A stretch of 64,000 nt of DNA from an uncultured Lachnospiraceae bacterium (GCA_902786515.1 CADADA010000012.1:1454-65453); one strand, 5' to 3'. Counted from the stretch's first letter, positions 50,786 to 59,030 are shown. The notes: a model not told the origin generated them from the letters alone. Made by a program: numbers and translations.

Positions 50786-51790
50786 ATGAATGAACAGCAG
50801 AATGTAGAATTGAAACTTATCCATATGGAGGATGTGGTTTCAAAAGAAGTGGAGTGGTTATGGTATCCATATATACCTTATGGAAAGATAACCATAATTG
50901 AAGGAGATCCGGGAGAAGGAAAAACAACACTTGTATTGATGTTGGCGGCAGCCCTTAGTAAGGGCTTGCCACTTCCCTGTGATGATGATAAAGCATATGA
51001 GTCAATTCATATTATTTATCAGACAGCAGAAGATGGTATTGATGATACTGTAAAGCCTAGATTAGAAAGGGCAGGGGCAGACTGCTCCATGATATGTGTT
51101 ATTGACGAAACGGAAAAAGAGTTATGTATGACAGATGACCGGCTTGAGAAAGCAATCGTTGAAACAGGAGCAAGATTGATTATTCTTGATCCAATACAGG
51201 CTTATATCGGAGCAAAGGTTGACATGCACAGAGCCAATGAAATACGACCGGTATTAAAACACTTAGGAATGATTGCAGAAAAATATAATTGTGCAGTTAT
51301 CCTTATCGGTCATATGAATAAAGCATCTGGTAGCAAATCAACTTACCGAGGATTAGGCTCCATTGATATTCAGGCAACAGCAAGAAGCGTGTTATTAGTA
51401 GCAAGGCTTCGGGATAAACCAAACATTCGAATCATGGCACACGATAAATCGTCATTAGCTCCAACAGGAGATGCCATCGGTTTTGAAATGACCGAAGATA
51501 GAGGAATGGTTTGTATCGGTCCTTATGACATTACCATTGATGAATTGCTGATGGGGAATGAAGGACGAGGTAAAAAGAAACTTGATATTGCAGAAAACTT
51601 TATCAAAGAGTTCTTTGGCTTATCGAAGGAGATTGCATCTAATGATATTTTACAGGAAGCAGCGAAAAGAGGAATTAAAAGAAATACTCTTTTATCTGCT
51701 AAAAAGAAACTGGGAATTACTTCAGGAAAAAGTAAGTTAGATGATGGAGCAAGTTTTTGGACATGGATTATGCCAGATGAAAGAGTTTAA
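50786..51790 (+). CDS. RecA-fold AAA_25/RepA-like ATPase
   Basis: EVEWLWYPYIPYGKITIIEGDPGEGKTTL (Walker A), LIILDP (Walker B), ILIGHMNK. Confidence 0.75.
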   Translation: MNEQQNVELKLIHMEDVVSKEVEWLWYPYIPYGKITIIEGDPGEGKTTLVLMLAAALSKGLPLPCDDDKAYESIHIIYQTAEDGIDDTVKPRLERAGADCSMICVIDETEKELCMTDDRLEKAIVETGARLIILDPIQAYIGAKVDMHRANEIRPVLKHLGMIAEKYNCAVILIGHMNKASGSKSTYRGLGSIDIQATARSVLLVARLRDKPNIRIMAHDKSSLAPTGDAIGFEMTEDRGMVCIGPYDITIDELLMGNEGRGKKKLDIAENFIKEFFGLSKEIASNDILQEAAKRGIKRNTLLSAKKKLGITSGKSKLDDGASFWTWIMPDERV

Positions 51791-51830
51791 TAATCCGAAT
51801 GTTTGGAAAAGCAGATTCTAAATTCTTATA

Positions 51831-51995
51831 AGAGTTTAGAGTCTGTATTTCTTAAAAGAACAGATTATTAAACTCTTGGTAGTTGTAACAGTTAATATTG
51901 AAACCCTCGGAGAGCCACCGCAGATTTGGCTTGCCAAAACTGCTAGGGGGTTATCATCTGTGGCAGAGCCAAGATGATAAGCATGTGCTCCGAGA
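51831..51995 (+). other. Candidate oriT region (nested inverted repeats upstream of the relaxase gene)
   Basis: AAGAGTTTA..TCTGT...ACAGA..TAAACTCTT (51831-51877). CTCGGAG (51906) pairs with CTCCGAG (51989) and encloses TTGGCT/AGCCAA and TTATCATC/GATGATAA pairs. Confidence 0.3.
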
Positions 51996-52028
51996 GAAAT
52001 TTTTACAGATAAGAGAGGAGATTTGCTT

Positions 52029-53543
52029 ATGGGAAATACGTCGTATACAGCACACATTAGCAACAAGAAAAGTGCTATTACAAGTAAGAGTAAATTGCTT
52101 GGAGTGGCAAAACACAATTTAAGAAAGTACAAATCAGATGATTATAGTAAAGATAATATTATAGTTTTGCGAGGAACAGATGATTTGCTTCAGGATGTGA
52201 AGAATGTTTATCATCAGGAATTTGATGAGGCTGTGAAGGAATATAATGACAAGCAGAAAAGAGCGGACAGAAAGATTGAAGATTATTTCGAGCATGTTGC
52301 AGGGCTTGAACAGGATATGGCTGTTGAAATCATTTTCCAATGTGGAGATAAAGAGTTTTGGCAGGCACATGATGATGTTAAGGACAAAATGTATTATGTA
52401 TATAGTTTTCTGATTGGAAAGCTGGAGGAACTGTTGCCGGAATTTAAAATTGCAAATGCAGTAATTCATTTTGATGAAGCTAGTCCCCATGTTCATGTGG
52501 TAGGAGTCCCAGTATGGGAAGGGGTTAAGAGAGGACTTAGGAAGAAGGTTTCAAAGAGGAATGTATTCACACCGGAAACGCTCTCTGTAATTTTACAGGA
52601 TAAATTACGAGAGGAAGCTGGGATGTGCTTCAGATATCATACACATGAAGATTTATCAGAAAAAAGTCTTGGAAGAAATCATGATTTATCTGTAGCAGAA
52701 TATAAAGTAGCAAAAGAAACAGAACATCTGGAGCAGATACAGGAACAGGTGCATGATGCAGATATTGAGTTGCTCGCATCACAGATTGCTTATAAGGAAT
52801 TGGAGCGTAGACAAACTAAGGAACTAAATGAGAAAACAGATGCCATTGTTAAGAAAAATGAGGCCATGGGACAAGAATATACGGATAAGAAGGAAAAGCT
52901 GGAATGCGAGATTTCATATCTTGAAAGTAAGAGGAATATTGAGAAGTCATTGTCGGATATGGATAAGAGAGAATCGCAGCGTATATCCAATGAATTGGAA
53001 GGAAAACGGTTAGAACTTCAATCTGTAAATAAAGAGATTGAATATACCACAGATAAGGCAAAAGAAGCAGTGGTGTTGCTTGATAGAATCAAAGCATTTG
53101 TCTCATCATTCAGATTATTTGCACCTACCATTGAAGAATATGCTAATCAGGTGGAAGCAGATAAAACAATTGATGCCGGAAATTCATTTCGTGGAATCTT
53201 GTATGAAATCGGAAAGTTGCTAGAGGCATTCAAAGAACTGATAAAAGAGGGATTATGCTGGTTTCCAAGACTTATGAGGTGGAAAACTTCAAAAGGAGAG
53301 GTAGCACCGGTATTTATCGAGAAAAGTAGTGGATATTCATATTCGGTGTATGGATATATGAATGTGGAGACTAAGGAATATTATTCAAAGGAGACAATAC
53401 AATGGGAGATTAAGGCTAATAATCGAACTGGTACTGTGGAGCAGATGGATGCAAATGTCGAAGCTATGGCAAGGGATTTGCAGGAGATATTGAGGATGAG
53501 TGCGGAACAGAAAAGATTGTGGGATAGGTATGAGAGGAGATAA
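52029..53543 (+). CDS. MobV-family (Mob_Pre) relaxase
   Basis: N-terminal ...GVAKHNLRKY and the HxDExxPHxH motif IHFDEASPHVHVVGVP, plus a long coiled-coil C-terminus. The ATG at 52029 follows GAGAGGAG. Confidence 0.85.
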   Translation: MGNTSYTAHISNKKSAITSKSKLLGVAKHNLRKYKSDDYSKDNIIVLRGTDDLLQDVKNVYHQEFDEAVKEYNDKQKRADRKIEDYFEHVAGLEQDMAVEIIFQCGDKEFWQAHDDVKDKMYYVYSFLIGKLEELLPEFKIANAVIHFDEASPHVHVVGVPVWEGVKRGLRKKVSKRNVFTPETLSVILQDKLREEAGMCFRYHTHEDLSEKSLGRNHDLSVAEYKVAKETEHLEQIQEQVHDADIELLASQIAYKELERRQTKELNEKTDAIVKKNEAMGQEYTDKKEKLECEISYLESKRNIEKSLSDMDKRESQRISNELEGKRLELQSVNKEIEYTTDKAKEAVVLLDRIKAFVSSFRLFAPTIEEYANQVEADKTIDAGNSFRGILYEIGKLLEAFKELIKEGLCWFPRLMRWKTSKGEVAPVFIEKSSGYSYSVYGYMNVETKEYYSKETIQWEIKANNRTGTVEQMDANVEAMARDLQEILRMSAEQKRLWDRYERR

Positions 53544-53584
53544 GAAAAGCAGCGCCTGAAATAATCAGTCGCTGCTACACTAAA

Positions 53585-53812
53585 TTAGTGACAAGTATCT
53601 TTTGGAGGACAAGGATCGTTTCCGTAGCTGTCTTTGTCGCGGATTTGACCATTGCGTCCATGGATTACTAGTTCACTTTGTTGATTAATGGCAATATTAC
53701 GAGCATAAGAAATAGCTTCTTTCTGGGTGTTGAAATTTTTGGTTGCTCTTGTGGAATTTTCGCGTTTTACTTGCCATTGTCCGTTGTTTGGTACTACATG
53801 TTGATTTGCCAT
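53585..53812 (-). CDS. DUF2188-like small protein
   Basis: HVVPNNGQWQVKRENSTRATKNFNTQKEAISYARNIA...ELVIHGRNGQIRDKDSYGNDP. Confidence 0.65.
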   Translation of the reverse strand: MANQHVVPNNGQWQVKRENSTRATKNFNTQKEAISYARNIAINQQSELVIHGRNGQIRDKDSYGNDPCPPKDTCH

Positions 53813-53832
53813 AATTCAAGTCCTTTCTCTGT

Positions 53833-54090
53833 TTAAGCAGCTTTGTAATGTTTCCAAGGAATTCTTGCGGGGTTAATATTTGCAAGAAAACGTACAATAT
53901 CGCACCTACCATCATATGTAGGAATGCCACGAGAGTTTTGAGCCATTAATATAATGGGAATATTCCCAAAAAATGGTATAAAGCTTGCACGTATTTGTTC
54001 TTTGGATGGACTGGTAAGAACATATGGCTTTACTACAACAATAGCAAAGGTTACACCTTGTTCTCTGATTTTTGCACCATCAAATTCCAT
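53833..54090 (-). CDS. Hypothetical 85-aa protein
   Basis: GGAGG RBS upstream of the start. It is co-directional with the DUF2188 gene and 20 bp from it. No motif recognised. Confidence 0.5.
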   Translation of the reverse strand: MEFDGAKIREQGVTFAIVVVKPYVLTSPSKEQIRASFIPFFGNIPIILMAQNSRGIPTYDGRCDIVRFLANINPARIPWKHYKAA

Positions 54091-54391
54091 CGGCTTATCC
54101 TCCTTTCCGTTTACTGGGAATTGAGATAAAACCTTTCAAAATGATTGAATTTTCTCACGAAATGTGTTAAAATTCAAATGCGACTTTGAATTTGTGAGAG
54201 CAAGTTCATTTTGAAAGGGTGGTCATTATGACCATCTTTTTTTGTCTCAATATTAGCACTTACTAAAATTGAGTGCTAATCTCCTATGAATAAGATAGCA
54301 TAAAAAAGATATCTGGTCAATACTAAAAGTGAAATAATCACAAATGAAATTTAAATGCACAAAAAAATGCGTGAAAAAACGTTGATTATTG

Positions 54392-54421
54392 TTGACAAAT
54401 GTGAATAAATCACATTATAAT
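54392..54421 (+). promoter_or_regulatory. Strong promoter for the ATPase/RloB pair
   Basis: TTGACA (54392-97), 18-nt spacer, TATAAT (54416-21). Confidence 0.6.
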
Positions 54422-54455
54422 TGAATATATTATATTCATATAAGAGAAAGAAGGT

Positions 54456-55838
54456 ATGGGTATGTTAGTTGGATTTGCCGTAAGTAATTATAAATCTTTT
54501 AAAGATGAACAAAGAATTTCGTTTGAAGCGAGTAAGATTATAAGACATAAGGCTCATGTCGCGAATAAAAGAAATAAGAGAATATTAAAGAGTGGATTGA
54601 TTTTTGGCGCTAATGCGGGAGGAAAAAGTAATTTAGTAAAGGCAATACGATTTTCTAGAGAAATAGTGCTAAGCGGGTTAGATAAAGTTAATTTAAGTAA
54701 AAGCCATTTTCGTATTGAAGGTGATATGTATAAACAACCGGGGATATTCGAATATAGGATTATTGTTGGAGATTACGAGTACTCTTATGGAATAGCAATA
54801 TCCTATTTAGATAAAACAATACTAAGTGAATGGTTGATAAGAATAGAAAATTCTGGAAAAGAAATATATCTTTTTAATCGCGAGGTCGATGACAATAATG
54901 TTAGTCATGCAGAGAGTGAAGCTGAATATACAAGTACAGAAGAAAAGTTTAAAATGGATTTCTATTTAGAAGGTTTTTCAGAAAATATGTCAGAAGCATA
55001 TAAGCGAAAAACTATATTAAGTGATATAGCATTGCGTGCGAATGAAAAAACTGGTATATTTGCAGAAATTAGAAAAGTATATGAATGGTTTGAAGATATT
55101 ATAATTTTGTTTCCTAGTTCAAAGTACAATGGATTAAATGAAGTTGCTGCAGATAAAGATAAAAAGATGTTTTTTTCTAGTATAATGAGTTATTTCGATA
55201 CAGGAATTGAATCTGTTGAGGGTGAAAGTCAGCAGATGGATTTTGATAAAATTTTGGATAACATACCAAGAGATGAGGCAGAAAAAATAAAGATAGATAT
55301 ATCTAATGCAGCAAACGAGCATCCAATTATGTTTAAAGTAGATGAACAAGTATTTGAACTTCGAAAAGATGAGAATGGGAATATTGTATACAATAAATTA
55401 ATGTTGAATCACGGAAATGCGGACGATATGTTTGATTACAATGATGAATCTGACGGTACAAAGAGATTATTTGATTTAATTCCGCTATTTTATGAAAATA
55501 GAAGAGTAAGTATGATTTTAATTGATGAAATTGATAGGAGTTTGCATACAAATCTTACTAGGAAATTCTTAGAACTTTTTTATAAAGTAGTCGAAGATAG
55601 AGATTGCCAATTAATTGCAACAACACATGATTCAAACTTGTTAGATTTGGAGTTATTAAGACAAGATGAAATATGGTTCGTTGAACGTCAGGATGATCAT
55701 AGTTCAAAAGTATTTTCATTAAACAAATTTAAGGAAAGGTTTGATAAAAAAATTGATAAAGAATATCTGATAGGTAGATATGGGGCTATTCCAATATTTG
55801 ATGATAATTTTGTATTGGAGGAAATTTATGAAGAATAG
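54456..55838 (+). CDS. AAA15/AAA21-type ATPase (AbiLi-like)
   Basis: FAVSNYKSFKDE, Walker A GANAGGKSNL, Walker B MILIDEIDRSLH, then ATTHDSNLLD. Confidence 0.85.
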   Translation: MGMLVGFAVSNYKSFKDEQRISFEASKIIRHKAHVANKRNKRILKSGLIFGANAGGKSNLVKAIRFSREIVLSGLDKVNLSKSHFRIEGDMYKQPGIFEYRIIVGDYEYSYGIAISYLDKTILSEWLIRIENSGKEIYLFNREVDDNNVSHAESEAEYTSTEEKFKMDFYLEGFSENMSEAYKRKTILSDIALRANEKTGIFAEIRKVYEWFEDIIILFPSSKYNGLNEVAADKDKKMFFSSIMSYFDTGIESVEGESQQMDFDKILDNIPRDEAEKIKIDISNAANEHPIMFKVDEQVFELRKDENGNIVYNKLMLNHGNADDMFDYNDESDGTKRLFDLIPLFYENRRVSMILIDEIDRSLHTNLTRKFLELFYKVVEDRDCQLIATTHDSNLLDLELLRQDEIWFVERQDDHSSKVFSLNKFKERFDKKIDKEYLIGRYGAIPIFDDNFVLEEIYEE

Positions 55839-56703
55839 ATATAGATTAAGTTCCAATGCATTTGAACGTGAGGCTGAAGAAGACAAAGTAGAACCACGAA
55901 AGATTTTTTTCTTGTCTGTAGAAGGAAATGATACAGAAAAGGAATATTTTGATGGAATATCTGCAAATAGACGTCAATTGGGAATAAATGCAGTTGTAGA
56001 TGTGCAAGTGTTGAATAGAAGACGAAAAGATACTAATAGTGCTCCGCAGCAGGTGATTGAATTGTTGGAGGAATACTTAAGATTAAGAGAGAATGGAAAA
56101 GAATCACTGATTGAGGATATTCCGGAATCATTTATACAAAAATATGGTGTGGATTTTATAAAATGTTTTTTAGAAGATGAATCAGGAATTACTAAGCGAC
56201 AAAGGAATGAGTTTGTAACAGATTTATTAAAGATAGGATATGATATAAATTACAGAAAATATTTGCAGAAGTATAATAGTGATTTAGATGAATTTGGTAT
56301 TCTTATTGATAGAGATGTGCAGACACATTCAGAGTTGAATATGATAGAATGCATTAAGCACTGTAAACAGAATAATTATTCATGTTATATTGTTAACCCT
56401 TGTTTTGAATTTTGGTTACTCCTTCATCTTTCGGATGTTAAAAAGGAGTATGCTGATAAATTGAAGGATATAAGTGAAAATAAGAAAGTATCGGATAGTC
56501 ATACTTTTGTAAGTAAAGAGGTATCGTTAAAAGCACATCATGGAAAGAGCGGTATAAATTTTAAGAAAAATTATTTGCCCAATATAGATGTTGCAATAGA
56601 AAGAGCTAAAGCATTTTCATCAGACGAACAAGAACTAATTGATAATATTGGTTGCAATATTTGGAAATTGATCGAAGCAATGAAAAATTATGGATTAAAA
56701 TAA
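55828..56703 (+). CDS. RloB-like (Toprim-related) protein (AbiLii-like)
   Basis: FFLSVEGNDTEKEYF, ILIDRD and NPCFEFWLLLH hallmarks. The ATG at 55828 overlaps the ATPase stop by 11 nt. Confidence 0.8.
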   Translation: MKNRYRLSSNAFEREAEEDKVEPRKIFFLSVEGNDTEKEYFDGISANRRQLGINAVVDVQVLNRRRKDTNSAPQQVIELLEEYLRLRENGKESLIEDIPESFIQKYGVDFIKCFLEDESGITKRQRNEFVTDLLKIGYDINYRKYLQKYNSDLDEFGILIDRDVQTHSELNMIECIKHCKQNNYSCYIVNPCFEFWLLLHLSDVKKEYADKLKDISENKKVSDSHTFVSKEVSLKAHHGKSGINFKKNYLPNIDVAIERAKAFSSDEQELIDNIGCNIWKLIEAMKNYGLK

Positions 56704-56810
56704 TGAGCTGTGTAATAGCGTAGTTGATATACTTTCTTTGTTAAAAGAAAGTAGCTACGCTTGTTTGCGTATGAAACAGTATATTTGTACGAATAGAGAA
56801 GGAGGTTAAT

Positions 56811-57575
56811 ATGGCATTAATCAAAAATGAGATTCCTATACTTGAGTATGATACAGAAGAACATGCTGTATTGATGCCGGGAGAAAGATGGAATTATGAG
56901 TTTACTGAGAAAGCAGTTATGTTGTTTATGGAACCAGAGATAGATGAATATGTTATAAATCATGAATGCGAGCTCGTTGGGAAATTTGAGAGTGTTACAA
57001 AAACATTTTTGGTTTATAAGACAGTACATAAAGGTGTTCCAATTACATTTTGTCAGGCACCATTAGGTGGTGCAGGAGCGGTCCAGGTTATGGAGCAGCT
57101 AATTAAAGGTGGTGCGAAGAAAATTATTGCAGTAGGCTGTTGTGGTTCTTTGGTTGAAGATACGGAAGGAGATTATTTTATACCAACATCCGCTTTACGA
57201 CAAGAAGGTACATCATATCATTATTTGCCACCATCAAGAGAAGTTAAGCTTGATGAAAAAGCTGTTGAAGCAATAGAGAGGGTGATGATAAAAAATAGCA
57301 TACCTTATCGTAAATGTAAGACATGGACAACAGATGGATTTTATCGTGAAACGAAGGGAATGATTTTATACAGAAAAGAAGAAGGGTGTTCAGTGGTTGA
57401 AATGGAATGTGCTTCCATGGCTGCATGTGCTAAGATGAGAAATGTTGTATTTGGACAACTTCTATTTACGGCGGATTCTTTGGCTGATATAGATAGTCAT
57501 GATGGAAGAAACTGGGGGAATGAACATTTCGCATATGCTATGACGCTAGCATTTGATGCAGTTTTGGAGGTGTAA
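56811..57575 (+). CDS. PNP_UDP_1-family nucleoside phosphorylase-like protein
   Basis: 254 aa with GGAGAVQVMEQLIKGGAKKIIAVGCCGSL and VVEMECASMAA (the EME motif of this fold). Confidence 0.7.
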   Translation: MALIKNEIPILEYDTEEHAVLMPGERWNYEFTEKAVMLFMEPEIDEYVINHECELVGKFESVTKTFLVYKTVHKGVPITFCQAPLGGAGAVQVMEQLIKGGAKKIIAVGCCGSLVEDTEGDYFIPTSALRQEGTSYHYLPPSREVKLDEKAVEAIERVMIKNSIPYRKCKTWTTDGFYRETKGMILYRKEEGCSVVEMECASMAACAKMRNVVFGQLLFTADSLADIDSHDGRNWGNEHFAYAMTLAFDAVLEV

Positions 57576-58450
57576 TGGTGAGAACAGAAAAAGAAATGTA
57601 TGATATGCTTCTGCAAAATGCAAGGGAGGATGAGCGAATTAAAGCTGTTTACATGAATGGCTCAAGAACAAATAAAAATGTCCCCAAAGATATTTTTCAG
57701 GACTATGATATTGTATATGTTGTAACAGATACAAAACCATTTATTGATGATAAAGGGTGGATAAACCGGTTCGGCGAAATATGGTTTATGCAATATCCTG
57801 ATGAACATCCGGATTACCCAAGTGATAAAGAAAACTTTTATGGTTGGCTTATGCAATTTAGGGATGGTAATAGGATTGATCTACATGTGGAATCTATAAC
57901 GCATGCAAAGGAACATATATCAGATGATAAATTATGTAAAATACTATTAGACAAAGATGGTATTTTGCCGGATATACCAGAAGCTACAGATAAGGATTAT
58001 TTTGTTAAAAGACCTTCAAAAGAACAGTTTTTATGTACTTGTACAGAGTTTTGGTGGTGTTTGAATAATGTTGCCAAAGGACTTTGGAGGGGAGAACTGC
58101 TATATGTTAATGATATGATTAATTTTTGCGTAAGAAAGCAGTTAGAAAAAGTAATATCATGGCAGATTGGAATAAAAACGGACTTTGCAGTAAGCGTTGG
58201 AAAGTCAGCGAAGTATATTTATAAATGGATACCAGAGGAGGACTATAAAGAATATCTTTCTACTTATTCATGTGGAACTGTAGATGAGTGTTGGAAATCT
58301 GTTTTTAAAATGGTAAATATGTTTGCTAATGTGGCAAGGGATGTTGCAAAAGGATTAGGATATCATTATAATTGCGAAGAAGAAAAGAATTGCATTGATT
58401 TTTTGAAAATCGTGCATGAGTTACCGAAAAATGCAGATGAAATATGTTGA
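57575..58450 (+). CDS. Aminoglycoside 6-nucleotidyltransferase ANT(6) family
   Basis: MVRTEKEMYDMLLQNAREDERIKAVYMNGSRTNKNVPKDIFQDYDIVYVV...MQYPDE...FRDGNRIDLH aligns along its length with AadK/AadE as I recall them. TAATG overlap with the upstream gene. Confidence 0.85.
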   Translation: MVRTEKEMYDMLLQNAREDERIKAVYMNGSRTNKNVPKDIFQDYDIVYVVTDTKPFIDDKGWINRFGEIWFMQYPDEHPDYPSDKENFYGWLMQFRDGNRIDLHVESITHAKEHISDDKLCKILLDKDGILPDIPEATDKDYFVKRPSKEQFLCTCTEFWWCLNNVAKGLWRGELLYVNDMINFCVRKQLEKVISWQIGIKTDFAVSVGKSAKYIYKWIPEEDYKEYLSTYSCGTVDECWKSVFKMVNMFANVARDVAKGLGYHYNCEEEKNCIDFLKIVHELPKNADEIC

Positions 58451-58647
58451 TTGTAGTAAGCAAAATATATTTTCATAATGATTGTCCTTTCGTTGTTAAA
58501 GTTATGAGTAGTTCGGGGAATGTGTGGGCAGTCCACAGTATATAACACGTATGCAACACTGCTACCAACAAATCCCTTATTTCAGGGCTTTTCTCGTTCT
58601 CAAAACGTTAACAAAGAGATAATTTTAAACAAAATAAGAAGTTTATT

Positions 58648-58686
58648 AAAACCCTTGAAAGTTTAGTATTTTCAAGGGTTTTCTTT
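58648..58686 (+). terminator. Displaced native rpsI terminator
   Basis: AAAACCCTTGAAA-loop-TTTCAAGGGTTTT followed by CTTT, immediately right of the right att repeat. Confidence 0.7.
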
Positions 58687-58736
58687 ATGCTGGGATGTTC
58701 TTAAATTTTCAAAAATCGCCAAAAATTTTGATGAGT

Positions 58737-58757
58737 AGCACACAGGTAGCACACAAA
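58737..58757 (+). repeat. GTAGCACACA x2 at 11-bp phasing
   Basis: Copies at 58737-58746 and 58748-58757. Confidence 0.6.
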
Positions 58758-58823
58758 TTAAAATATATATCTAGTGTTAGATATAAAAGTGTGGTATAAT
58801 CAATACAGAGAGGTGATGTTTTT

Positions 58824-59030
58824 ATGAATGTTACGGAATACAAAAACCAATACAATAAAGAACATTATGAGAGAATAGGGATATATTTGCCAAAAGGATA
58901 TAGGGAGAAAATCAAGACTGCTGCCAAAGAATTAAATATGAGCGTAAATGAATACATATTTACGCTTATTTGTAACGCTCTGAATGGTGTAGGTGGTATC
59001 ATAAGTGAGCAGAAGGAAACTTTTATTTGA
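58824..59030 (+). CDS. Ribbon-helix-helix (Arc/CopG-like) small protein
   Basis: 68 aa with YERIGIYLPKGYREKIKTAAKELNMSVNEYIFTLI (beta-strand then two helices). Lies downstream of a TGGTATAAT extended -10. Confidence 0.55.
   Translation: MNVTEYKNQYNKEHYERIGIYLPKGYREKIKTAAKELNMSVNEYIFTLICNALNGVGGIISEQKETFI

Larger units (their letters stand above)
48502..58623. mobile_element. Integrative mobilizable element (IME) inserted at the 3' end of rpsI
   Basis: 12-bp direct repeat CAAAGAGATAAT at 48502-48513 and 58612-58623. The interval holds a tyrosine integrase, an XRE repressor, a RepA-like ATPase, a MobV relaxase and cargo genes. A terminator-like hairpin lies just outside the right repeat. Confidence 0.75.

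Noticed and set aside
56811-58450. Phosphorylase + nucleotidyltransferase as a minimal CBASS-type operon
   Set aside because: The nucleotidyltransferase aligns end to end with ANT(6)/AadK-type aminoglycoside adenylyltransferases. It does not align with CD-NTases, which have a different motif layout and length. A CBASS call is unsupported. It is kept only as an open question in the findings.
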